Shown here in pieces: positions 13,236-22,472 of a DNA stretch of 42,108 nt. The DNA lies in assembly GCA_039804335.1 (NCBI GenBank), contig JBDLWK010000001.1, positions 1 through 42,108 on the forward strand, given 5' to 3'. Made by a program: the position numbers and the translations under genes. The notes under the pieces were generated by a model. It saw only the letters and a list, made by a program, of their open reading frames with translations. It was not told the DNA's origin and did no database searches. Source of the DNA: Actinomycetota bacterium (GTDB taxonomy: Bacteria; Actinomycetota; Actinomycetes; Nanopelagicales; Nanopelagicaceae). Each line of letters starts with the position of its first letter. Within the stretch, counting starts at the first letter, position 1.

Positions 13236-13295
13236 CTTCGACAGTAAGTTCACCAGTACTAGTCGGTATAAGTAAGTACGCAATATATTTCACGG

Positions 13296-14204
13296 GTGTT
13301 AGCAATTATCGCCCCCGGTCAAGGGGCTCAGACCCCCGGAATGCTCGCTCCCTGGATTGAAGATGGCGAAAGTAAAGCGCTGCTTATTCAATGGTCAGAT
13401 GCAATCGACTTAGACCTTGTTCACCTTGGCGTTCATGCAGATGCCGATGAAATCAAAGACACTGCAAATGCGCAGCCATTAATTGTTGCCGCCGGTCTAC
13501 TCAGCGCGCGTACCCTCAATCTCTCAGGTCGCTTCTCATTTGTTGCCGGCCACTCAGTTGGCGAAATCACTGCTGCTGCAATTGCTGGAGTTGTGACACC
13601 GCTTGATGCGATGAAGTTAGTTCGACTTCGTGGAGTCGAAATGGCAAAGGCGGCAGCTATCACTCCCACTGGAATGTCCGCACTCCTTGGTGGCGATCGC
13701 GATCTCGTTCTTAAAGCGATTGCAGATGCCGGACTTGTTGCCGCAAATGACAATGGCGGTGGCCAGATTGTTGCGGCTGGAAATCTTGAAGCTCTAGCCC
13801 AACTTGCTCCAGAGGGCGCACGTGTACGTGCCTTGGCAGTTGCCGGCGCATTCCATACCTCTTATATGCAGCCGGCGGTCCAACCGATGCGCGAACTTGC
13901 CGCCAGTATTCAGGTGAGCGACTCTGCGGTTGGTGTGCTCTCAAATAAAGATGGTTCAGTCCTGAGATCGGGTCGTGAGATTCTCGATCGCATCGTCAGT
14001 CAGATTGCTAATCCAGTTCGCTGGGACTTATGTATGCAGACTCTTGCCGATCAAGGTGTTACCGGTGCAATCGAAGTTGCGCCAGCTGGAACTCTCGTCG
14101 GACTCATCAAGCGCGCTGCGCCAACAATCGAACAATGTGCCTTTAAATCACCGGCAGAGCGAGAATCAGCTGCAACATTTGTATCAACGCATGGAGGTAA
14201 TTAA
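13296..14204 (+). CDS. fabD: Malonyl-CoA:ACP transacylase
   Basis: PGQGAQ, GHSVGE, GAFHT; GTG start after TATATT-N6. Confidence 0.96.
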   Translation: MLAIIAPGQGAQTPGMLAPWIEDGESKALLIQWSDAIDLDLVHLGVHADADEIKDTANAQPLIVAAGLLSARTLNLSGRFSFVAGHSVGEITAAAIAGVVTPLDAMKLVRLRGVEMAKAAAITPTGMSALLGGDRDLVLKAIADAGLVAANDNGGGQIVAAGNLEALAQLAPEGARVRALAVAGAFHTSYMQPAVQPMRELAASIQVSDSAVGVLSNKDGSVLRSGREILDRIVSQIANPVRWDLCMQTLADQGVTGAIEVAPAGTLVGLIKRAAPTIEQCAFKSPAERESAATFVSTHGGN

Positions 14205-15227
14205 ATGGCAATCAAAACCCGACAAGGTAGCGAGAGTCAGATTCTCTCTGTCGGTGCCTATCGCCCAAAGCGATTGGTTCCTAATTCAGAGATCGTCGAC
14301 AAGATCGAATCAAATGATGAGTGGATTCAGCAGCGCACCGGAATTGCTACTCGCCGCTTTGCAGATGAGAGCGAATCTTTACTCGATATGGCTTGCTGGG
14401 CAGCTGAAGATGCGCTCAAGAAGGCGAAGCTGACAATTGAAGATATCGATACAGTTATTGTCGCCACCATTACCTTTCCATTTCAGGCTCCATCTGCAGC
14501 GACTGCACTCTTGCAGCGCTTAGGTAATCCAAAGGCTGCTGCTTTTGATATCAACGCCGCTTGTGCAGGTTTTTGTTATGGCGTCTCTATGGCCCATGAC
14601 TTTGTAAAGGCTGGCACATCGAAGAAGGTCCTGGTTATTGGTGCAGAGAAGCTGACTGACTTCACCAATCCCTTTGATCGCGCAACTGCCTTTATCTTCG
14701 CCGATGGAGCAGGCGCAGTTGTCATCGGTGAATCAGAGGAGGCTGGCATTGGCCCAGTTGAATGGGGTTCAGATGCCGATAACCGCGATGCGATTTTGAT
14801 GAATCCAGCATGGACAGATGCTCGTAACTTGGATGAGCAGAAGACGCTTGAAGGCATTGTCTGGCCAAATATTTCTCAAGAGGGCCAGAAGGTATTTCGC
14901 TGGGCGGTCTTCTCTGTCAGTAAAGCAGCCCAGCGCGCACTTGATGCCGCTGGCGTGACGGTCAATGATCTTGATGTATTTATTCCACACCAAGCAAATC
15001 TTCGTATTATCGAAACTATGGCGAAAGATATGAAGATGCCCGAATCAGTATTGATTGCAGATGACATCAGAGCGAATGGAAATACATCAGCGGCATCTAT
15101 TCCTCTGGCTATGGATGCCCTACTTGAGAGACACCCAGAGATGCATGGCAAACTCGCACTCATCATTGGATATGGCGCAGGTCTCGTTTATGCGGGCCAA
15201 GTAGTCAAACTTCCGCCGAAACCATAA
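14205..15227 (+). CDS. fabH: 3-oxoacyl-ACP synthase III
   Basis: ACAGF, PHQAN, GNTSAAS (Cys-His-Asn triad). Confidence 0.97.
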   Translation: MAIKTRQGSESQILSVGAYRPKRLVPNSEIVDKIESNDEWIQQRTGIATRRFADESESLLDMACWAAEDALKKAKLTIEDIDTVIVATITFPFQAPSAATALLQRLGNPKAAAFDINAACAGFCYGVSMAHDFVKAGTSKKVLVIGAEKLTDFTNPFDRATAFIFADGAGAVVIGESEEAGIGPVEWGSDADNRDAILMNPAWTDARNLDEQKTLEGIVWPNISQEGQKVFRWAVFSVSKAAQRALDAAGVTVNDLDVFIPHQANLRIIETMAKDMKMPESVLIADDIRANGNTSAASIPLAMDALLERHPEMHGKLALIIGYGAGLVYAGQVVKLPPKP

Positions 15228-15326
15228 AAAATATCGGTAAACGGAGGCGGATACTAGGAAGTAGCCGTATCTTTCCGAGAGAATAAATACCTGTTCGAAT
15301 AGTTGTTTATAGAAAAGGAAAATAAA

Positions 15327-15575
15327 ATGGCGCTTGCACAAGCAGATGTACTTGCAGGACTCAAGGAGATCGTTGAAGAAGTAGCGGGCATTCCAGCTGC
15401 ATCAATCGAACTTGATAAGAACTTCACAGAAGATCTCGAAGTTGATTCACTGAGCATGGTCGAAGTTGTCGTTGCTTGCGAAGAGCGTTTCGGCGTAAAG
15501 ATTCCTGATGAGAAGGTAACTGAGCTCGTCACAGTCGGCGACGCGGTTAACTTCATCGTCAATGCCTCTAATTAA
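15327..15575 (+). CDS. acpP: Acyl carrier protein
   Basis: DLEVDSLSMVE phosphopantetheine site; AAGGA ribosome-binding site at 15315-15319. Confidence 0.97.
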   Translation: MALAQADVLAGLKEIVEEVAGIPAASIELDKNFTEDLEVDSLSMVEVVVACEERFGVKIPDEKVTELVTVGDAVNFIVNASN

Positions 15576-15616
15576 TGGGCTTCAAACTAATAGCTAGCAA
15601 ATAAAGGATTATTGGT

Positions 15617-16855
15617 ATGTCACAGCGTCGCGTAGTGGTCACCGGATTAGGTGCAACCACCCCTCTCGGTGGAGATGTCGAATCAACCTGGAAGGCAATT
15701 CTTGCCGGCCAGAGCGGTGTTCGCCTTCTTACCGATGATTGGAGAGAGATGCTTCCCGTGCATTTCGCTGCGCGCGTTGCGACAGAACCAGCCGATCAGA
15801 TGGAGCGCGTTGAGATGCGCCGCCTTGATCGTTCCGAGCAATTTGCAGTAATCGCCTCTCGCGAGGCTTGGAAAGATGCTGGATCCCCCGATGAGCTCGA
15901 TAAAGAGCGTCTCGGAGTTGTGATCGCATCAGGCATCGGCGGAGTCATCACGCTGATGGATCAATTTAATATTCTTAATGAGAAGGGCGCACGAAGCGTC
16001 AGCCCTCATACAGTGCCGATGTTGATGCCTAATGGACCCGCGGCAAATGTTGGCCTCGAACTTAAGGCGAAGGCGGGCGTTCACACACCTGTCTCAGCAT
16101 GCGCATCGGGTGCTGAGGCAATCGGATATGCCTTTGAAATGATTAAGAACAACCGCGCCGATATCGTGGTCAGCGGTGGAGTCGAAGCTGCATGTCATCA
16201 ACTTCCGATGGCTGCCTTTGCTGCGATGAAGGCGTTATCGACTCGCAATGATGATCCTGCCCGTGCATCACGACCATACGATCGCGACCGCGATGGTTTT
16301 GTTCTTGGTGAGGGTGGCGGAATTCTTATCCTTGAAGAGTATGAGCATGCAAAAGCGCGCGGTGCAAAGATTTACTGCGAAATTAGCGGTCAAGGCCTGA
16401 CATCTGATGGTTATCACATTGCCGCTCCAGATCCAGAAGGATCGGGCGTGCAACGTGCAATCAAGTTTGCGCTGCAGAACGCTGGCATCACTGCAAAAGA
16501 TATTGTTCACCTCAATGCACATGCGACTTCAACTCCTGCGGGAGATGTAGCTGAGGCAAATGCTCTTCGTAAAGCACTCGGCGCAGATGCAGATCACGTC
16601 GCAGTATCGGCAACTAAATCGATGACAGGTCATCTACTTGGTGGAGCCGGAGCAATTGAATCTGTCTTCTTGGTAAAGGCGCTGCAAGATCGAATGGCGC
16701 CACCGACAATCAACATTGAAAACCTCGATCCAGCTGTCACCGTTGATGTAGTGCGCGATAAGCCACGCGCCCTTCCTGCTGGGGATATCGCAGCGCTCAA
16801 TGACTCATTTGGCTTTGGTGGCCACAATGTCGTCCTTGTCTTTAACTCGATTTAA
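15617..16855 (+). CDS. fabF: 3-oxoacyl-ACP synthase II
   Basis: SACASG, NAHATST, GHLLGGAG, SFGFGGHN (Cys-His-His). Confidence 0.97.
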   Translation: MSQRRVVVTGLGATTPLGGDVESTWKAILAGQSGVRLLTDDWREMLPVHFAARVATEPADQMERVEMRRLDRSEQFAVIASREAWKDAGSPDELDKERLGVVIASGIGGVITLMDQFNILNEKGARSVSPHTVPMLMPNGPAANVGLELKAKAGVHTPVSACASGAEAIGYAFEMIKNNRADIVVSGGVEAACHQLPMAAFAAMKALSTRNDDPARASRPYDRDRDGFVLGEGGGILILEEYEHAKARGAKIYCEISGQGLTSDGYHIAAPDPEGSGVQRAIKFALQNAGITAKDIVHLNAHATSTPAGDVAEANALRKALGADADHVAVSATKSMTGHLLGGAGAIESVFLVKALQDRMAPPTINIENLDPAVTVDVVRDKPRALPAGDIAALNDSFGFGGHNVVLVFNSI

Positions 16856-16889
16856 TAGGAATCAATTAATTTCGAAGTAAGATGGCGAA

Positions 16890-18269
16890 ATGACAGACCC
16901 CAAGGATCCTGAGGTACGCATCAAGCGTCTGATTGATGCGAATTCTTTTCATTTCCTTCTCCCCCGCACAGATTGCGGAATGATTGCCGCCACTGGTTTA
17001 ATCAACGGAAATAAAGTTGTGCTCTTCGCATCTGATGTAACATCTAAATCTGGTGCCCTTGGTATCGAAGGTTCCAATGTAATTCTCGCCGCCTACCGCG
17101 AAGCGATGGCATATCAATTACCCATTATTGGAATCTGGCACTCAGGCGGTGCTCGCCTTAGCGATGGCGTTCTCTCACTCGATGCATTTGGTCAGGTCTT
17201 TCACTCGATGGTCCATGCAAGTGGTCGCATCCCGCAGCTCTCACTCGTCTTGGGACCGACAGCTGGAGGCGGTGCATATGGTCCAGCCCTTACCGATGTG
17301 GTTGTTCTAGCCCCAGAAGGGCGAATCTTTGTTACCGGTCCCGATGTTGTGAAATCAGTGACGGGTGAAGATATTGATATCGCAGCTCTCGGCGGACCAG
17401 AAGCGCATAGTAAAAACAGTGGCGTTGCACATGTAATTGCGCCGACTGAAGATATTGCCTTCGATGAGATTAGAGATCTCGTCTCACTCTTTGCAGATCA
17501 AGGTCATTTTAAGACTGATATCGCCGATATTGATCTGAGCGTTCATGTTCCACCGGTTGTGAAACGTTCCTATGAGGTGCACCCCCTTATTGATGCGATT
17601 CTTGATGCAGATGGAGAGAAGCTCGAACTCTTACCTGTATGGGCCGAAAATATGTCAACCGTTATTGGCCGTCTCGGTGGCCGCACCGTTGGAGTTATTG
17701 CAAATAACCCTGCACATATCGGTGGCGTCCTTGATGCTGCTGCGGCAGAGAAGGCTGCCCGCTTTGTTCGCACCTGCGATGCATTTGGTATTCCGATGAT
17801 TGTGATTGCAGATGTCACTGGCTTCTTACCTGGTCCAGGTCAGGAGTGGGAGGGTGCAGTTCGTCGTGGAGCCAAGTTGCTTCATGCATTTGCTGAATCA
17901 GTTGTTCCGCGCGTGACTCTGATTACGCGACGCGCATATGGCGGTGCTTATGTTGCAATGAATTCAAAATCTCTCGGTGCTACCCGCACCTTTGCTTGGC
18001 CCACATCTGAGGTATCTGTGATGGGCGCAGTCGCGGCTGTCCGCGTGCTCCATCGCCGCTTACTTGCCGATCTTCCAGAAGAGCAGCGCTCTGCCATGGA
18101 GCTAGAGCTAGCAGCCGAACACGACAAGATATCTGGTGGTATTAATACCGCTGTTGAAATTGGCGCAGTCGATGAAGTCATTGAACCATCGCGCACTCGT
18201 ACCGCACTTGCCCAAGCACTTGCATCTGCGCCATACCGTCGTGGTAATCACGGCAATATTCCGCTTTAA
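16890..18269 (+). CDS. accD: Acyl-CoA carboxylase carboxyltransferase subunit (AccD6-like)
   Basis: HSGGARL, GGGAYGP, GPDVVK, YGGAYVAM, C-terminal HGNIPL; placed after fabF as in the mycobacterial kas-accD6 operon. Confidence 0.88.
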   Translation: MTDPKDPEVRIKRLIDANSFHFLLPRTDCGMIAATGLINGNKVVLFASDVTSKSGALGIEGSNVILAAYREAMAYQLPIIGIWHSGGARLSDGVLSLDAFGQVFHSMVHASGRIPQLSLVLGPTAGGGAYGPALTDVVVLAPEGRIFVTGPDVVKSVTGEDIDIAALGGPEAHSKNSGVAHVIAPTEDIAFDEIRDLVSLFADQGHFKTDIADIDLSVHVPPVVKRSYEVHPLIDAILDADGEKLELLPVWAENMSTVIGRLGGRTVGVIANNPAHIGGVLDAAAAEKAARFVRTCDAFGIPMIVIADVTGFLPGPGQEWEGAVRRGAKLLHAFAESVVPRVTLITRRAYGGAYVAMNSKSLGATRTFAWPTSEVSVMGAVAAVRVLHRRLLADLPEEQRSAMELELAAEHDKISGGINTAVEIGAVDEVIEPSRTRTALAQALASAPYRRGNHGNIPL

Positions 18270-18287
18270 AAGTTATTGCCCTCTGAT

Positions 18288-19193
18288 TTAAAGAGGTCGC
18301 ATGACCCCGAGCGCAGCCCCAAGCAAGCCTGAGTCGCGCAAGAGTTCTGCCTTCTTAATCTTCAATCCGGCAAGGAAAGAGATTTTTCCTCTTTCGCTAT
18401 CGATATGGCGCAGCAGTGGCTCCCAATAAATATCGCCAGCATGTGAAACGCCGCCACCGATAACAACAGAATCTAAATCGTTGATTGCTGCAACATTAAT
18501 AATCGCAACGGCTAGCGCATGAGCGCCTTCATCAATCGCCTTAATGGCGTGAGAATCACCATTGCGAGCCGCCTCTGCGAGGGCGATGAAATCATCGTTA
18601 TCAGTGCCCCAGCCAAGTTCATGAGCTCGCCGCACCATGCTCGGACCGCTCGCATATGCCTCTACGCAACCAGTTCGACCACATGTGCAGATACGACCTG
18701 TGTGGTTAATGGAGTGATGGCCGAAGAAACTGACATTTCCAGAATCTCCTGCAAATAAATTTCCGTTGAGGATTAACCCACCGCCAACGCCAGTTGAAAC
18801 GACCATTCCGAGCATATTGCGACTGCCACGTCCGGCACCTAGTTGATGCTCTGCAGCGGCCACAGCCATGCCATCGCCATGCAAGATGACATTGGCAGAG
18901 TGAGTGCGACTTTGAAAGAAGTCGACAACTTTAAATGGTCGCCACGATGGAATATTTACCGGGCTAATTGTTCCTTCGTCGAGATTGAGTGGTCCAGCAG
19001 AGCCAATACCGACACCAATTAAGTCACCGGGCGTCGATTGGAGGACCTCATCGCAAGCTAAGCCAAGTGCGATCTCAAGATCAGGGGCAGAGCCGGTTGA
19101 TATTTCTCGCCGCTGGAGAATATTGAAGGTGTTATCGACAGAGGCAACGGTCGCCTTTGTTCCACCAATATCTACCGCCAGGGCGAACTTCAT
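18288..19193 (-). CDS. ROK family sugar kinase
   Basis: DIGGTK, VSTGVGGG, CTCGRTGCVE zinc motif, VIGGGV; no HTH. Confidence 0.92.
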   Translation of the reverse strand: MKFALAVDIGGTKATVASVDNTFNILQRREISTGSAPDLEIALGLACDEVLQSTPGDLIGVGIGSAGPLNLDEGTISPVNIPSWRPFKVVDFFQSRTHSANVILHGDGMAVAAAEHQLGAGRGSRNMLGMVVSTGVGGGLILNGNLFAGDSGNVSFFGHHSINHTGRICTCGRTGCVEAYASGPSMVRRAHELGWGTDNDDFIALAEAARNGDSHAIKAIDEGAHALAVAIINVAAINDLDSVVIGGGVSHAGDIYWEPLLRHIDSERGKISFLAGLKIKKAELLRDSGLLGAALGVMRPL

Positions 19194-19198
19194 TAAAG

Positions 19199-19972
19199 TT
19201 ACTTCACAGAGAATGTGACTGAGACTGTTGAGGTCACTGTCTTCTCAATGCTACTGGTGTCATATGCGCCACCATCTGCTGTCATTGTCGAATCAGGAGT
19301 TGTCACCTGAAAGACGCCGGCTCGGACTGATTGAACTGAACCGACGCTACCGCCGACCGCCTTTGTAATCGCCTCTGCGCGAATCTTTGCATCCTTCATC
19401 GCTTCTTCAAGAAGTTGTGGACGAAGAGATGGAAGAGTTGAGATGTAATACTGAGGACCGTAATTATTTACGCTTACACCGGTTTGAAGAAGTGAACCGA
19501 TACCTTGTGCCAACTTTGCAACGAGCTCAACATCCTTTGTGCGAACAACTACATCACGGTTTGCGCGGTAGTTAAGGATTCGGCCAGTGTTATTTCCATT
19601 GGAATACTCTTCATTTGCATATGTTGAAACAGAGCCGAGAGTGATATCGCCGGCAGGGATTCCGCCAGCAGTTAGATATTGTGATACAGCAACTACATCT
19701 GAACCAACTTTGGTAATAGCAGCTGCGACGGTTGGACGAGTCAATGAGACATTGAGTGTCCAGACCACGTTATCTGCAGTTGCAGATGTCTTTGCTGAGC
19801 CCGTAACAGTGATGCCATTGGTTGTTCGCGATGCGAAACCAGATCCCACCTTCATCAATCCGAATCCAAATGACACTGCGAGGATCGATGCAGCAACGAT
19901 TACCGCCACGGCCTTACGGCGTTCGATCTGAATAATGGGGCTATTTGCAGGATTAAAGTCGTGGTTGCTCAT
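19199..19972 (-). CDS. SIMPL/BP26 (DUF541) domain membrane-anchored protein
   Basis: N-terminal TM, ITVTGSA...AD, AMKDAKIRAEAI, terminal VSVTF strand. Confidence 0.8.
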   Translation of the reverse strand: MSNHDFNPANSPIIQIERRKAVAVIVAASILAVSFGFGLMKVGSGFASRTTNGITVTGSAKTSATADNVVWTLNVSLTRPTVAAAITKVGSDVVAVSQYLTAGGIPAGDITLGSVSTYANEEYSNGNNTGRILNYRANRDVVVRTKDVELVAKLAQGIGSLLQTGVSVNNYGPQYYISTLPSLRPQLLEEAMKDAKIRAEAITKAVGGSVGSVQSVRAGVFQVTTPDSTMTADGGAYDTSSIEKTVTSTVSVTFSVK

Positions 19973-20004
19973 GTTTTAAGTCTATTACCGAGAGGTATTT
20001 GGCC

Positions 20005-20037
20005 GCTCTCGCCTGGCTCACGCCTTACTCACGCTCA
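20005..20037. repeat. Three imperfect 11-nt tandem repeats, candidate transcription-factor site
   Basis: GCTCTCGCCTG / GCTCACGCCTT / ACTCACGCTCA. Confidence 0.5.
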
Positions 20038-20089
20038 TTCCAAGGATAATTTCTCGCTCCTGGGAATAGGCAATCCCTGCCCGCTCTAG

Positions 20090-20228
20090 TACCCTTATGC
20101 CTAGTCGGACGCTTAAATCAGTACCCGTTTGTTAAGGCTTAAATCTTTACTCGGTATGGCTGTAGGCAAGATGAAGACTGGCGAAAGAGATAACTCGATC
20201 GCCCCACATATCGAAGGATAAGAAATAC
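20090..20228 (+). promoter_or_regulatory. cspA promoter (-10 TACCCT) and long structured 5' UTR
   Basis: TACCCT 20090-20095; GCCTAGTC pairs with GGCTGTAGGC; GCTTAA pairs with TTAAGGC; AAGGA RBS before ATG. Confidence 0.5.
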
Positions 20229-20432
20229 ATGGCAACAGGTACAGTTAAGTGGTTCAACTCTGAAAAGGGATTCGGATTCATTGCAGTTGATGGCGGAGGA
20301 CAGGACGTATTCGTTCACTACTCAGCAATCCAGGGTAATGGTTACAAGAGCCTTGAAGAGGGTCAGGCAGTTACATTTGAAGTTGTCCAGGGTCCAAAGG
20401 GTCCTCAGGCAGACGCAGTTAACCCAGCCTAA
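20229..20432 (+). CDS. cspA: Cold-shock protein
   Basis: [12 protein letters not shown] (RNP1), DVFVHYSAI (RNP2). Confidence 0.97.
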   Translation: MATGTVKWFNSEKGFGFIAVDGGGQDVFVHYSAIQGNGYKSLEEGQAVTFEVVQGPKGPQADAVNPA

Positions 20433-20443
20433 TTACACTTACG

Positions 20444-20480
20444 AAAAACCCCGTCGAGAAATCGGCGGGGTTTTTCTTTT
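20444..20480 (+). terminator. Intrinsic terminator, probably bidirectional
   Basis: AAAAA-CCCCGTCGA-GAAA-TCGGCGGGG-TTTTTCTTTT. Confidence 0.92.
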
Positions 20481-20521
20481 GCCAATTTACTTGAATTGCT
20501 TACTTAAATTAATTACTGGAA

Positions 20522-21106
20522 TTACTTGCTCGGCTCGACTGGAACTTCACCGCGCTTAGCTTTTCGTGCAGCGACTTCCTTCACCGGCGAGAGATTCTTG
20601 CCCTGTTTCCATGCATCAAGATATTTCCATGGCAGAACTTCACCGCGACGCACCCACCAGATATCTGGCGGTGTTGGCCATGAGATTCCAAAGTGAAGAT
20701 GCGGCGCAGTACCACGTGCGCTCCCAGTAGAACCTACAGTTCCCAAAAGTCGACCAGCTTTAACGACTACTCCGGGTTGAATGCTTGCTGGAATCGTACG
20801 AAGGTGTGACCCGTAATATCGAACACCATCTACGCCAATGATTGAGACGTAGAGACCGCCGCGATCGATACCTAGATTGGGCGGGCTCTTCCAGAGATCA
20901 ACTCGGTTTACCTCATCGACCACGCCATCGATCGGCGCGACAAATTTGCAACCAGCCTTAGTCAGAATATCTGTAGCGGCATAATCGTGATGGGCGCGTG
21001 CGTAATTGGCCTCACATCCTGCTATTGGAAATAGATATGTAGGTGCTGCTTGCGCCGGAGAGATCTGCAGAAGCAGAAGAAGTAAGACCAAGATTCGCAA
21101 TCGCAT
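20522..21106 (-). CDS. Secreted M23 family metallopeptidase
   Basis: Signal peptide (AQA-A), HHDYAATD, YYGSHL, PHLHFGI. Confidence 0.88.
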   Translation of the reverse strand: MRLRILVLLLLLLQISPAQAAPTYLFPIAGCEANYARAHHDYAATDILTKAGCKFVAPIDGVVDEVNRVDLWKSPPNLGIDRGGLYVSIIGVDGVRYYGSHLRTIPASIQPGVVVKAGRLLGTVGSTGSARGTAPHLHFGISWPTPPDIWWVRRGEVLPWKYLDAWKQGKNLSPVKEVAARKAKRGEVPVEPSK

Positions 21107-21131
21107 AGGGCAGAGCCTAACTAAACAAAGA

Positions 21132-22097
21132 TTATTTCTTCAGCGCTACTCGGTCGAGTCGTGAAGTTACCAACATATGTGGAACTGTCAGCGCCCAGAT
21201 GGTGACCAAGGTGAGCCATAAGAATTTATCGGTGATGCTCTCTCGCGCAAAGGCAGCTAGTACTAGGACAAAGATGAAGGTGCCAGCCAATGCGGGCAGC
21301 CCTGGAATAACAGCTTTGAGAAAGGCCTGAAGTGAGCGACCTTCAAGGTAGTTGCGCTGGGAATCTGGCAAGAGCGAACTCAATCTCGCTGTGTGGCGCA
21401 TGGCATGCCAACATCCAAAGTAAGTTGCAAAGGCTACGAGCGGTGGGGCAAGAGATACCAGGGCGATGAGTGCGATGAGATCAGCGAGATCGCGATACTG
21501 ACGCTCTCTTGCCAATATCAGGATTGCGACCGTTGAGATCATGGCAACGGCAATAAGTAGTTCGGAGTCGAAACCTTGGTGCCAATCGACAAGAACAGGA
21601 TTTACCTTCTCTAGCGCCTCGGTGCTTCGGTTATTAATCAGTGGAATAACAACCGGCACAAATCCTGCAGCGATCGCATAGCTCCATGTCGCCAACTGAG
21701 ATCTTTTCTTCTCGGAGAGGTGGGTGAGCTCTGCGATAAATGCGCTATCTCCGATTCCAAAGTGGAGCGCACTCATAAGTACAACTGCGATAAAACCCCA
21801 GACGTTCCACTGGAGTATCGCCCAGATTGCAACCAAGGCGATTGCAACATACACCGTGATGAAGAAAGCCATCTTGAGTGGTTTTGATTTCGGCAAAGTA
21901 ACGAGATGATCAAGGGCGCCATGGGGAATGCCAACAGCTAGAGCGAAGATCGCTATAGCCACCTGCCAATTGAGTGACTCTTTACCGAGCCATGACGAGA
22001 AAATAAGCGAGAGCACCGAAACAAGAGCCACCGAGATGGTCGAGAATCGACGGATAGATGAGAAAGTCTTTAACTTTGCGCTCTCCATAACCTCCAC
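21132..22097 (-). CDS. blh: Beta-carotene 15,15'-dioxygenase (Brp/Blh family)
   Basis: Multi-TM protein with GIPHGALDH, LHFG, WHAMRH and LTVPH motifs; adjacent to lycopene cyclase genes. Start GTG 22097 or ATG 22088. Confidence 0.92.
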   Translation of the reverse strand: MEVMESAKLKTFSSIRRFSTISVALVSVLSLIFSSWLGKESLNWQVAIAIFALAVGIPHGALDHLVTLPKSKPLKMAFFITVYVAIALVAIWAILQWNVWGFIAVVLMSALHFGIGDSAFIAELTHLSEKKRSQLATWSYAIAAGFVPVVIPLINNRSTEALEKVNPVLVDWHQGFDSELLIAVAMISTVAILILARERQYRDLADLIALIALVSLAPPLVAFATYFGCWHAMRHTARLSSLLPDSQRNYLEGRSLQAFLKAVIPGLPALAGTFIFVLVLAAFARESITDKFLWLTLVTIWALTVPHMLVTSRLDRVALKK

Positions 22098-22136
22098 AGT
22101 AGCAAGATTCCACCATTTCTATGCAAAAATGCGAGC

Positions 22137-22472
22137 ATGAAACAGTGGTCATATATGGCGATGCTCATATTCACTTTCTGCGGTTCTGCTTGGCTTGAGA
22201 TCGTCCTCAAGACCGGCGTCTTCCGACGTATCAAGCGAGTGATTATTAGCGTTCTTCCGGTCAGCGCAATCTTTATCGCTTGGGATGCCTATGCAATCGC
22301 ACAAGGTCATTGGTTCTTTGATCGAGAGCAGATTCTTGGTATTTATGGCCCGCTCAACATTCCCCTTGAGGAGTACCTCTTCTTCATGATTATTCCGATG
22401 GCTGCAATCTTCACCATCGAAGGTGTAACCACCGTTAAACCACATTGGCGAAAGGATGAGTTCGGAGAATGA
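22137..22472 (+). CDS. crtYc: Lycopene cyclase subunit (heterodimeric CrtYc type)
   Basis: Hydrophobic; WD...I..GHWFF and PLEEYLFF motif. Confidence 0.85.
   Translation: MKQWSYMAMLIFTFCGSAWLEIVLKTGVFRRIKRVIISVLPVSAIFIAWDAYAIAQGHWFFDREQILGIYGPLNIPLEEYLFFMIIPMAAIFTIEGVTTVKPHWRKDEFGE

Noticed and set aside
13296-18269. Type II polyketide cluster
   Set aside because: A single KS with an intact Cys-His-His triad, and no chain-length factor, cyclase or tailoring genes; this is ordinary FAS-II
21132-22097. Possible rhodopsin (multi-TM protein beside carotenoid genes)
   Set aside because: Has Blh histidine motifs and lacks the helix-G DxxxK retinal-binding motif
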